Assembly: GCA_040876885.1 (NCBI GenBank)
Contig: JBBDOU010000013.1
Coordinates: 6,033-70,032 of the forward strand
From: Minisyncoccota bacterium
GTDB taxonomy: Bacteria > Patescibacteriota > Minisyncoccia > Phycocordibacterales > JABMNX01
Length of the DNA stretch: 64,000 bases
Direction of reading: 5' to 3'
In this document: piece by piece, positions 20,167 through 29,479 of the stretch
Layout of the letters: every line of letters begins with the position of its first letter
Position numbering within the stretch: the stretch's first letter is position 1
Notes under the pieces: generated by a model
The model's input: the letters and a program-made list of their open reading frames with translations, nothing else
Told to the model about the DNA's origin: nothing
Databases searched by the model: none
Made by a program: the position numbers and the translations under genes

Positions 20167-20907
20167 TTACCCTATCTTTACTATATCTGCGACTAGTGCA
20201 CAGTGGTCACTCACTCCACAAACCATCTCTACATTTACTGCAGAATAGCGCGGTGTGGTAAACATACCATCAACCATGAGCTCCATCGGCCCCGCTCGGT
20301 GAATTTTCCCATCAATACTGGCTGTATACTTTAGTGGCACTTCATCTCTAAAACTTTCCGCAAGAAGTGAAAATACTGGGTTCCCACGAGAGACATTAAA
20401 ATCACCTGCAAAAACCATTTCCCCCATTTTCTTTAATATGGGTAGCAATATCTCCATGTCACGTTTCTGCGCTAAATCAATCTCACCAGAGAGTGCGTCT
20501 GGAGTCCATGTAAAATGTGTCGTGCCAAGCCTATAGACTTGATTATTCTTTTGAACCTCACCTGTAATGAACACCCGGTACATTGTATCGAGATGGTTTT
20601 TTGCATCAAACTCTTTCAAAGTGCTTGAGGTACCTGAATAATACTCAGCTACAGGGTTTTGTATTTTAGTCTTAGAGAAGATTGCGACGCCAAAGATTTC
20701 ATCTGGCCCCTCTTCGATATATTTAGTCATGGGCACAAAAAAACAATCTACCGTGTTTGTAATTTCCTTAATATGAAGAATATCCCGCTCCATAACTTCC
20801 TGTAGACACAGGACATCAGGGTCTATCTTCTTTATGAAAGTTTCAATGATATCAAGGTGCTTACTACGCTCAATGTTAAGAGATACTAATTTCAAAGATG
20901 GCCCCAT
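20167..20907 (-). CDS. Endonuclease/exonuclease/phosphatase (EEP) family protein
   Basis: 'VLCLQEV', 'GDFN', 'SDH' motifs of the EEP fold. Confidence 0.75.
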   Translation of the reverse strand: MGPSLKLVSLNIERSKHLDIIETFIKKIDPDVLCLQEVMERDILHIKEITNTVDCFFVPMTKYIEEGPDEIFGVAIFSKTKIQNPVAEYYSGTSSTLKEFDAKNHLDTMYRVFITGEVQKNNQVYRLGTTHFTWTPDALSGEIDLAQKRDMEILLPILKKMGEMVFAGDFNVSRGNPVFSLLAESFRDEVPLKYTASIDGKIHRAGPMELMVDGMFTTPRYSAVNVEMVCGVSDHCALVADIVKIG

Positions 20908-20913
20908 GTATCT

Positions 20914-22572
20914 TTAGCTATTTTTTATGGCCGCTTTAATAAAACCGGTAAAGAGTGGGTGTGGGTCAAGTGGACGCGCTTGAAACTCAGGATGAAACTG
21001 CGTTCCAAGAAAAAATGGATGCTCCTTTTCAGGAAGCTCTGCAATCTCCATAAGACGCTTGTCAGGTGATACGCCAGAAAAGATAAGCTCTTTTGAAGAG
21101 AGCACTTCTATATACTCAGGATTTACTTCGTACCGATGACGGTGACGCTCCTCAACTAATTCTTTACCATAAAGCTTACGAGCAAGCGTCCCCTTCTGAA
21201 GGTACGCAGGAAATGAACCAAGTCGCATCGAGCCTCCATACTCATGCTTTGCGAGTTTCTTTTTTTGATCTGGCATGATGTCAATCACTGGACTCTTTCC
21301 TTTTGGATCAATTTCAACAGTCTGCGCGTCTTTAATTCCAAGTACATTCCGGGCGTACTCTACAACCATCAACTGCATGCCGTAACACAGGCCAAAATAT
21401 GGGATCTTGTGTTCACGGGCATACTGAATCACCGCAAGTTTTCCTGCGATACCTGTTTCTCCAAATCCCCCTGGAACAATTACTCCTTTGAATTTCTTAA
21501 GCATCCCCAGGTTCTTCCTGCTTTCAAAGTCCCGTGAGTTAAGCCAATGTATCTCTGGTTCAACACCAAGCTTGTATGCAGAAAATTTAATTGCTTCTAT
21601 AACAGAAAGGTACGCATCTGAAAGCGTGAAATCTCCCGTGCCAAAATATTTCCCGACAATCGCAATAGAAACCACTTTCTTTTTCTTCTTTATTTTTCCA
21701 AGAAGACGCTTCCACTCCACGAGGTTCGTCTCGTTTGATTTTTTATGTAAATTAAGCTTTGAGAGAATAATATCTCCAAGGTGATCTCGTTCAAAATTCA
21801 CCGGCACATCATAAATACTTTCAATATCTGGGGCTGAAATTACATCTTCGCTACGGACACTGCAGGAAACGGCAATCTTTTCTTTTCGTTTTCTATCAAT
21901 TGCGAGCTCGCTTCGAGCAATGATAACGTCAGGCTGGACTCCGTATGAGTTGAGTTGTCGGATGGCGTTTTGAGTTGGTTTTGTTTTCATCTCACCTATC
22001 TTCCCCGGAATAGGAAGGTATGTCACCATAATAAACATAACGTTCCCTGGGTTTGCCATGTGCATCACTCGCGCAGCCTCTATAAACATTGCGTTCTGAA
22101 AATCCCCAACCGTTCCCCCTATTTCAATAACAGAAACCTCTGAGCCATTTACTTCAGCTGCGGACTCGATACGTCTGATGATTTCATCACGAATATGCGG
22201 AATTGCTTCTACACATTTCCCACCGTACCCGAGGTTTCTTTCTTTTTCAATAACGTGCTGGTACACCATCCCGCTCGTGATATAGTTTTCCTCTCCCAGA
22301 TCTTTCCCTAAGAAACGCTCGTAATTACCCATATCTTGGTCAGTCTCAAGACCACTTTTTAATACAAACGTTTCCCCGTGTTCAGTGGGATTCATGGTAC
22401 CTGCATCAACGTTGAGATATGGATCTATTTTTACAAGGTTAACATTAAGCCCTTTTGACTGAAGAATCTTACCGATTGAAGAGACCGCAATGCCTTTCCC
22501 TACCCCAGACATGACTCCGCCAATAACAAATATATATTTGTAGTCTTTCTTTTTCATTCTTTTTTTCATCAC
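20914..22572 (-). CDS. pyrG: CTP synthase
   Basis: N-terminal synthetase 'YIFVIGGVMSGVGKGI' and C-terminal glutamine amidotransferase 'GLCYGMQLMVVEYARN'. The true start is probably the Met a few codons downstream (MKKKDYKYIF). Confidence 0.93.
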   Translation of the reverse strand: MMKKRMKKKDYKYIFVIGGVMSGVGKGIAVSSIGKILQSKGLNVNLVKIDPYLNVDAGTMNPTEHGETFVLKSGLETDQDMGNYERFLGKDLGEENYITSGMVYQHVIEKERNLGYGGKCVEAIPHIRDEIIRRIESAAEVNGSEVSVIEIGGTVGDFQNAMFIEAARVMHMANPGNVMFIMVTYLPIPGKIGEMKTKPTQNAIRQLNSYGVQPDVIIARSELAIDRKRKEKIAVSCSVRSEDVISAPDIESIYDVPVNFERDHLGDIILSKLNLHKKSNETNLVEWKRLLGKIKKKKKVVSIAIVGKYFGTGDFTLSDAYLSVIEAIKFSAYKLGVEPEIHWLNSRDFESRKNLGMLKKFKGVIVPGGFGETGIAGKLAVIQYAREHKIPYFGLCYGMQLMVVEYARNVLGIKDAQTVEIDPKGKSPVIDIMPDQKKKLAKHEYGGSMRLGSFPAYLQKGTLARKLYGKELVEERHRHRYEVNPEYIEVLSSKELIFSGVSPDKRLMEIAELPEKEHPFFLGTQFHPEFQARPLDPHPLFTGFIKAAIKNS

Positions 22573-23495
22573 ACTTCTAAGTACCTTCTTACGGCGAGAT
22601 AACTTGATATCGCACCAAGAAGTACTCCTGTGCCTATAATGATGAGGAATATTTGTCCAAAGTTATCAAGATAGTATTGGAAAATATTTATATCGTTAAA
22701 GAACCCTTCAGTTACTGGACCGAGCCAGAGTGTCAGTGGATAAAACAAAATCAATGTGGTAATTCCCGCAACGATTCCATAGAGAACTCCTTCAAACACA
22801 AACGGGCCACGGACATATGAGTTTCCAGCCCCAACGAGCTTCATGACAGAGATCTCATCGCGCGCAGTGTAGATTGCAAGTCGAATTGTGTTAAACGTAA
22901 TCATTACTGAAGCTATCAAAAGGAAGATAATGATACCGATACCAAACTGCTCTGACGAGTCAATGATTCGAGTTAACCTATCAATTGCCACCTTATTTTG
23001 AAAAAAGTTTACCTTCTCAATAATAGCCTCCTCGCCTGCAGAAACCGCCACATCATTTTCCAAGAACGTTGCTATCCCTTCATACTGTGATGTTTCTTTC
23101 GCCCGGATGCTTAAACTCGCCCCAAGCGGGTTTTCACTTAATTCGTCAAGTGCCTGGAGAGTTAGCTGATCGTTCTCGTGGCGCAATCTAAATTCTTCAA
23201 GTGCTTGCGCTCTTGAAACATACTCAACCGAACTTACCTCAGCGAGTGCTTCTATTGATTTCTTCAATGAGAGAATACTTCCCTCATCTGCGGTCGTCAC
23301 AAAATATACATTAATATCTACTTTCTCACGGACTTGACTCAGCGTATTATTTAAAACAGCCCCGATAAAAATAAGAGAACCGATAACAAAGAGTGTTACG
23401 GTCATAACAAGAATCGTGGAGAGGGAGACAAAGCTATTTCGGATGAATCCGATTGAACCATACTTAATAATTCGCTTTGCGTTAATCCACCACAT
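22569..23495 (-). CDS. ftsX: Cell-division ABC transporter permease FtsX
   Basis: 308 aa. N-terminal TM, large extracytoplasmic loop, three C-terminal TM helices. Immediately downstream of ftsE. Confidence 0.8.
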   Translation of the reverse strand: MWWINAKRIIKYGSIGFIRNSFVSLSTILVMTVTLFVIGSLIFIGAVLNNTLSQVREKVDINVYFVTTADEGSILSLKKSIEALAEVSSVEYVSRAQALEEFRLRHENDQLTLQALDELSENPLGASLSIRAKETSQYEGIATFLENDVAVSAGEEAIIEKVNFFQNKVAIDRLTRIIDSSEQFGIGIIIFLLIASVMITFNTIRLAIYTARDEISVMKLVGAGNSYVRGPFVFEGVLYGIVAGITTLILFYPLTLWLGPVTEGFFNDINIFQYYLDNFGQIFLIIIGTGVLLGAISSYLAVRRYLEV

Positions 23496-23572
23496 AATAT
23501 ATTTACAGTATACCTTATTTTTTGATTAGACGACTTCTGGGCACACGTGGATAAGCACCCCCCTTTTCTGTT

Positions 23573-24253
23573 CTATAAGGCATATCGGCCAGATTTGTCG
23601 TCGCGTATAACACGCCCCCCATCCATTGTTATTACTCGTCGCCCTAATGAGTCAATGACACCCTTGTTGTGGGTCGTAAGAAGAACGGTGGTGCCTAAAT
23701 CATTGATTTTCTTAAGAATCTGAACGATATCAAAAGTGCTCACGGGGTCGAGGTTTCCTGTAGGCTCATCAGCAATTACCACATCTGGCTGGTTAACGAT
23801 TGCACGTGCTATTGCAACACGCTGTTGTTCACCGCCCGAGAGCTCTCGTGGGAAACTCCAAATTTTACTCCCCAAATCAACGAGATCGAGTACGTACGGA
23901 ACATCAGTTGCTATTTCTTCTTCTGAACGTCCCGCTGCTTCCATTGCAAAGGCGATATTTTCATATACGGTCTTGTTGGGAATCAACCGGAAGTCTTGAA
24001 AAACCATCCCGATGCGACGACGTAGTTTATTAAGTGCATCTCTATTTAAACTGTGAATGTTAGTCGATTCAAAAAAAATAGAACCTCCGGTTGGGCTGTC
24101 TTCTGCCAATAACATCTTAAGAAGCGTTGTCTTTCCTGCTCCAGAATGACCAACGATAGACACGAACTCGCTTGGCTCAATAGAAAGCGTGATGTCTTGT
24201 AGCGCGGGTTCGTTCCCGTTGTAAATTTTCGATACATTATCGAAGTAAATCAT
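23573..24253 (-). CDS. ftsE: Cell-division ABC transporter ATPase FtsE
   Basis: '[14 protein letters not shown]' Walker A, '[14 protein letters not shown]' signature, '[11 protein letters not shown]' Walker B. Confidence 0.9.
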   Translation of the reverse strand: MIYFDNVSKIYNGNEPALQDITLSIEPSEFVSIVGHSGAGKTTLLKMLLAEDSPTGGSIFFESTNIHSLNRDALNKLRRRIGMVFQDFRLIPNKTVYENIAFAMEAAGRSEEEIATDVPYVLDLVDLGSKIWSFPRELSGGEQQRVAIARAIVNQPDVVIADEPTGNLDPVSTFDIVQILKKINDLGTTVLLTTHNKGVIDSLGRRVITMDGGRVIRDDKSGRYAL

Positions 24254-24279
24254 AAAAAATTCTTATTTCACTATAGAGT

Positions 24280-25161
24280 TTACTCTAGATTGTGTCCCGC
24301 GTCTATAAACACCTGTATATCTCCTTGAAGCACCGCGTCGACATCTCGCACTTCCGTGTCTGTCCGGTGGTCTTTCACTAACTTGTATGGGTGGAGTACG
24401 TAAGAACGTATCTGACTCCCCCACTCAATCTCAGTTGTCTTTGAAACCGCGAGACCGCGGGCTTCTTTCTTGCGATCTTCTTCTTGTTTGTGGAATACTT
24501 TTCCTTTGAGAATCTCAAGAGCTCGTTCTCGGTTTTGTGCTTGGGAACGTTCCGACTCAACATGCACAGAAAGATTTGTTGGGGTGTGCACAATACGAAC
24601 TGCTGTTTCCCGTTTATTTACATTTTGCCCCCCCGGACCACTTGAAGTAGAAAACTGGACTTCAAGCTCATCGTCTGAAAATTCAACCTCAGCAGTCTTT
24701 TGAAGTATCGGGACAATTTCAACCATAGAAAAAGATGTGTGACGCTGACTTTTTGCATTAAATGGCGAGAGGCGCACTAATCGGTGTACGCCTGACTCAT
24801 GCTTCAGTGTTCCGTATACCTTCTTACCAACAACTTCAAAGGTGATGTTTCGATACCCTCCATGGTCATTTGTATTTTCATGAAGAATCTTCCATGACCA
24901 CCCCTTCTGCTCACAATACCGCTGATACATTTTTACTAAGAGCGCAGAGAAGTCCTCTGCATCATCTCCTCCTGCTCCTGAGAAGATAGTAACTACCGCA
25001 TTACTTGCATCATACTTACTTCCGCCTTCTAATTCTATTTTAAGGTCTTGAATCTCTTTGATAAGGGCCTGAGCTTTATCTTTATCTTCCCAAAAAGAAG
25101 GCGCGGCCATCTGCGCTTCATAGTCATCTATCTTTTTCTGTATTTCTTCCTTAGTCGACAT
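24280..25161 (-). CDS. prfB: Peptide chain release factor 2, compact form (single ORF, no programmed +1 frameshift)
   Basis: 'SPF' tripeptide and 'GGQ' motif. An in-frame TAA lies 3 codons upstream of the ATG, so there is no upstream frameshift cassette. Domain 1 is about 40 aa shorter than in E. coli RF2. Confidence 0.85.
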   Translation of the reverse strand: MSTKEEIQKKIDDYEAQMAAPSFWEDKDKAQALIKEIQDLKIELEGGSKYDASNAVVTIFSGAGGDDAEDFSALLVKMYQRYCEQKGWSWKILHENTNDHGGYRNITFEVVGKKVYGTLKHESGVHRLVRLSPFNAKSQRHTSFSMVEIVPILQKTAEVEFSDDELEVQFSTSSGPGGQNVNKRETAVRIVHTPTNLSVHVESERSQAQNRERALEILKGKVFHKQEEDRKKEARGLAVSKTTEIEWGSQIRSYVLHPYKLVKDHRTDTEVRDVDAVLQGDIQVFIDAGHNLE

Positions 25162-25396
25162 TACGCATTAGTATATCAAAAAAAATAAAAGATCTGCAGT
25201 ATCGCAGGTCTCAAGTGACGTCGCTCGTGGGAGCGTGGTGATACAAGAGCCAGATTATTCAACGCAAGAATTGCATTTACTCCACCAAAAAGACTCTTTG
25301 GGTGTATATGGGCTCCTCCCAACGAACAACGTTATATATAAAGTACTACACGGTGAGAACTACGTCAAAACAATATGACACATGAAAAATCCTCTG

Positions 25397-25469
25397 AGCC
25401 ACCTCGCAGAATCGAACTGCGGACCTTTGCGTTACGAGTGCAATGCTCTACCAACTGAGCTAAGGTGGC
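25397..25469 (-). tRNA. tRNA-Thr (anticodon CGU)
   Basis: GCCACCT acceptor, anticodon loop CTCGTAA, T-loop TTCGATT. Near-identical to the plus-strand copy at 26807. Confidence 0.85.
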
Positions 25470-25480
25470 GTATCATTTTG

Positions 25481-25553
25481 AGCCCAAAAGCAGGATCGAA
25501 CTGCTGACCTCTCCCCTACCAAGGGAGTGCTCTACCAACTGAGCTATCTGGGC
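25481..25553 (-). tRNA. tRNA-Thr (anticodon GGU)
   Basis: GCCCAGA/TTTGGGC acceptor, anticodon loop TTGGTAG. Confidence 0.85.
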
Positions 25554-25631
25554 AACACGTATTAAGATACACTAAAATTTACAAAAAATAAACGCCATAG
25601 GAATCTGTGGCATTTATTTTTTATGTATATG

Positions 25632-25696
25632 CGCGAGTGAAGGGACTCGAACCCTCGACCTTCCGCGTGACAGGCGGACGCTACTAACCAACTGAG

Positions 25697-25706
<10 letters not shown>
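25632..25706 (-). tRNA. tRNA-Asp (anticodon GUC)
   Basis: GCGGGTG acceptor, anticodon loop CTGTCAC, T-arm GAGGG-TTCGAGT-CCCTT. Confidence 0.85.
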
Positions 25707-26392
<686 letters not shown>

Positions 26393-26425
26393 CTAACCAT
26401 TTATATACAAAAAAAACGTACCTTG

Positions 26426-26499
26426 TGTCGACGGGAAGAATTGAACTTCCGACCTCAGCTTTATGAGTGCTGCGCTCTAACCAACTGAGCTACGCCGAC
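26426..26499 (-). tRNA. tRNA-Met-like (anticodon CAU; elongator Met or Ile2/lysidine type)
   Basis: GTCGGCG/CGTCGAC acceptor with G1-C72, anticodon loop CTCATAA. Confidence 0.8.
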
Positions 26500-26575
26500 A
26501 TAGATTAAATAAAAAAGCCCTAACGAGCTCATATATAAAATACCATAAAACATAAAATCTGAACAGGTTTTATAC

Positions 26576-26597
26576 CTTGCGGGAGCCGGATTCGGCG
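26576..26597. repeat. Partial direct repeat (18/19 nt) of the 3' end of the initiator-like tRNA-Met at 26953-27023
   Basis: ttgcgggagccggaTtcgg versus ttgcgggagccggaCtcga inside the tRNA, ~355 bp apart. Confidence 0.6.
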
Positions 26598-26806
26598 CAA
26601 CTCACATCAATATATTTTTTCACTACGTTCTAAATATATTGTGTGGCTCCTCCCCTGACTCGTCTGTCGTAAAACGACATGACTCCGTCTTTCGAGCCCG
26701 AACGAAAGCAAAGTAGCGACCAATTTTTCTTAGAGCTATGCTCTTAGAAATAATAAAAGTACTCCTGTGGTGTTTGCTTTCTCTCCTAATCAATAGATAA
26801 TACACA

Positions 26807-26879
26807 GCCACCTTAGCTCAGTTGGTAGAGTATTGCACCCGTAACGCAAAGGTCCGCAGTTCGATTCTGCGAGGTGGCT
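26807..26879 (+). tRNA. tRNA-Thr (anticodon CGU), second copy; encoded CCA follows (to 26882); has C33 in anticodon loop
   Basis: Nearly identical to 25397-25469 but inverted. Anticodon loop CCCGTAA, where position 33 is C instead of the near-universal U. Confidence 0.75.
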
Positions 26880-26952
26880 CCAATTAAGACAGGAGATGTC
26901 GAACACAAAATAAAAATCCCTCACTGATATAGAGGGATTTTTAATGTATCTT

Positions 26953-27023
26953 GTTGCGGGAGCCGGACTCGAACCGGCGACTAGAGGTTATGAGCCTCTC
27001 GACCTACCACTGGTCCATCCCGC
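26953..27023 (-). tRNA. tRNA-Met, initiator-like (anticodon CAU, C1xA72 mismatch)
   Basis: 5' CGCGGGA / 3' TCCCGCA gives an unpaired C1-A72, the hallmark of bacterial initiator tRNA. Anticodon loop CTCATAA. Confidence 0.75.
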
Positions 27024-27101
27024 GGTATATAAAAAACGCTGTAAGAGCGCTTAACAGTCAAACTATACCAAAAAAACACCTTAAAAACAACAGGAGGGTG
27101 C

Positions 27102-27692
27102 TTAGATATAGTAAAACTCCTCAAAGACCTTTCTATACAAATCTATAACCCTAATCGCTTCACGTTTTGTAAGTCCGAACCGAGAACCTTCATGCGCAAT
27201 CTTATTTCTTACTTTGTGAGCCTCCCACGCCTCATCAAGAGTTTGGAAGTCACTCTTCTCAATCCCCCGCATCTTTTCACCAAGTGTCTCCCCGGGGTAC
27301 CCCGCTCGAAACACAATATCCTCAAGAATAGTATCAGCCTCAATGATTGCTTGTCGCCAATTACTTGGGGACTCTGAATTAACGTGCTCTAACACCTGAT
27401 CCCAGCGCTCGTCTCGGTGACGTTCAACAACCTCACTTGAAACAGAAGCTTCGCTCAATGTATCAAGGCGTCCTTGCTCTTCTTTCCTTACCTGAGTGAG
27501 TCGTATGTAAGAATAAATTACCCCTGTTAAGAGCAGTAAAGAAATGACTGTTGAGACCCCCGTAACAGTATCCCAAAATAAAATAAACTCTCGTTGCGCA
27601 TCTGCAAACGTAATCCCCGAATTCCTCTTCCCAGAAAGAACCTGGTACACAAAGAGGAATAATTGCTCTAAATTGAGGTATGTGAAATCCAT
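27102..27692 (-). CDS. Membrane-anchored hypothetical protein with possible HEPN-like Rx4H motif
   Basis: 196 aa. One TM helix near residue 45-65. The C-terminal helical region contains 'HKVRNKIAHEG' (R-x4-H). Confidence 0.35.
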   Translation of the reverse strand: MDFTYLNLEQLFLFVYQVLSGKRNSGITFADAQREFILFWDTVTGVSTVISLLLLTGVIYSYIRLTQVRKEEQGRLDTLSEASVSSEVVERHRDERWDQVLEHVNSESPSNWRQAIIEADTILEDIVFRAGYPGETLGEKMRGIEKSDFQTLDEAWEAHKVRNKIAHEGSRFGLTKREAIRVIDLYRKVFEEFYYI

Positions 27693-27711
27693 TGAGTTAA
27701 TTAAACACTAC

Positions 27712-29124
27712 TTACCTCACTCCTTCAATGTCATAACCAACAGCAAAGAGTCTTTCTTCTTGCATATGTGGCGCAGTGAGCTGAAAACCGACAGGAAGCT
27801 TCTTCCCTTCAACATCGACATCTCCCGAAGGGACAGAGAGGGCCGGCATTCCCGTTAGGTTTGCGGTCACAGTGAAGACATCGAGAAGGTACATAGAAAT
27901 GGGGTCCTCAACCGCTCCTATCTTAGGGGCGAGTATTGGACTTGTTGGGGTTGCAATAACATCAACTGTTTTAAACACCTCCGTGTACGCATTAATGAGG
28001 AGTTTCCTGGCTGACTGGGCTTTGACATAATAGGCATCATAATAGCCAGCAGAGAGAATATGCGTACCCAAAAGAATCCTCCTTCGAACCTCAGGGCCGA
28101 ACCCTTCACTTCTTGTTCGTGAATATTCATCATCAACTCCACTTCCATCAATATGGAGACCATACCGAATCCCGTCGTATCGAGACAGATTAGTAGAAAC
28201 CTCAGCGGGCATAATTATGTAATATATTGCAAGCGCATACTCTGCATACGGCAATTCGATATCAACAATCTCATATCCCTTTGCCTCAAGTTTCTTAAGT
28301 GTCTCTTCAAAATTTAAAAGTACCGCTTCGTCAACACCCGCTGTAAGGAGACCTCTCGGCACACCTATTTTTTTCACAGTGTGTTTTTCTTTTGTATACG
28401 CAGACTCAGGTAGTGAAGTACTGTCTAAAGGATCGTGCCCTTTAAGCACATCAAAAAAAGTCTTGGCATCTTCGACAGATTTAGTAATGGGGCCAATCTG
28501 ATCAAGGGATGAACCCATGGACATGAGCCCAAACCGAGAAACCGTGCCATACGTTGTTTTAAGCCCAACTGCGCCACAAAAACTTGCGGGCTGGCGAATA
28601 GAACCTCCAGTATCTGAACCAAGAGACGCAAGTGCGCAATTTGACGCAATACTCGCAGCTGAGCCTCCCGAGGATCCTCCTGGAACACGTGACTCGTCAC
28701 ACGGATTCTTAACAGGTCCGTATGCAGAGTTTTCAGTCGATGAACCCATCGCAAACTCATCCATATTCGTGCGCCCAAGGAACACTCCTCCTTCAGCTTT
28801 AATTTTTTTTATAACAGTTGCGTCATATGGGGCGCAATACCCTTCAAGAATCTTCGATGCACCTCCCGCGAGCCTTCCTTTAATAAGCACGTTATCTTTA
28901 ATGCTGATAGGAATCCCGCACAGGCTTCCTTGCGTACCAGCGCTAATCATTGCATCTGCTTTCTTGGCCTGTTCTATAACATCAGTAAAAACCTCTCGGT
29001 ACATGTTGAGGTCTGCGTTTTTTTCAATACGAGATACGTACGCCTCTGCGAGCTCAACTGCTGAGTATTTTTTTTCATCTAAATCTTTTCTCGCCTGCGA
29101 GATGGTAAGTGTTTCAATATGCAT
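27712..29124 (-). CDS. gatA: Glu/Asp-tRNA amidotransferase subunit A
   Basis: Amidase signature 'GGSSGGSAASIAS' and Ser-cisSer-Lys triad context. 470 aa. Confidence 0.9.
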   Translation of the reverse strand: MHIETLTISQARKDLDEKKYSAVELAEAYVSRIEKNADLNMYREVFTDVIEQAKKADAMISAGTQGSLCGIPISIKDNVLIKGRLAGGASKILEGYCAPYDATVIKKIKAEGGVFLGRTNMDEFAMGSSTENSAYGPVKNPCDESRVPGGSSGGSAASIASNCALASLGSDTGGSIRQPASFCGAVGLKTTYGTVSRFGLMSMGSSLDQIGPITKSVEDAKTFFDVLKGHDPLDSTSLPESAYTKEKHTVKKIGVPRGLLTAGVDEAVLLNFEETLKKLEAKGYEIVDIELPYAEYALAIYYIIMPAEVSTNLSRYDGIRYGLHIDGSGVDDEYSRTRSEGFGPEVRRRILLGTHILSAGYYDAYYVKAQSARKLLINAYTEVFKTVDVIATPTSPILAPKIGAVEDPISMYLLDVFTVTANLTGMPALSVPSGDVDVEGKKLPVGFQLTAPHMQEERLFAVGYDIEGVR

Positions 29125-29145
29125 ACATTTTTCTTATTGAGCGAA

Positions 29146-29448
29146 CTATTTGTTTTGGTCTATTATCTTCTTCACTGCAATATATCCATCAATAACTAAC
29201 GGTGCTTCCTGTAATAAATCTTTTGTATAAAGACCAGTTTCGTGAGGTTCTCCGTCCTCACGTAATACGTTACGCACCACTTGGTTTTCAAGTATATTAT
29301 TATCTTCCCCACCATCAGAGATTTCTTGAATTTGTTCAATGTACGAAAGGATAGCACCAATATCAGCGTGTAGTGCCTTCTTCTCGTCTTCCGTCACAGA
29401 TATTCTGCTGAGTCGAGCTAGTTTTTCAATATTTATTTCTTCGTTCAT
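29146..29448 (-). CDS. gatC: Glu/Asp-tRNA amidotransferase subunit C
   Basis: 100 aa. 'IEKLARLSRISVTEDEKKALHADIGAILSYIEQIQE' GatC-like. Directly upstream of gatA. Confidence 0.8.
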   Translation of the reverse strand: MNEEINIEKLARLSRISVTEDEKKALHADIGAILSYIEQIQEISDGGEDNNILENQVVRNVLREDGEPHETGLYTKDLLQEAPLVIDGYIAVKKIIDQNK

Positions 29449-29479
29449 ATATAGTTACAATATATCGCCTAGCATACCG

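Noticed and set aside
25162-25300. Programmed +1 frameshift cassette upstream of prfB
   Set aside because: An in-frame TAA sits 3 codons before the ATG and there is no CUU UGA C site. The only nearby TGA-terminated frame is a 16-codon stop-to-stop fragment with no ATG.
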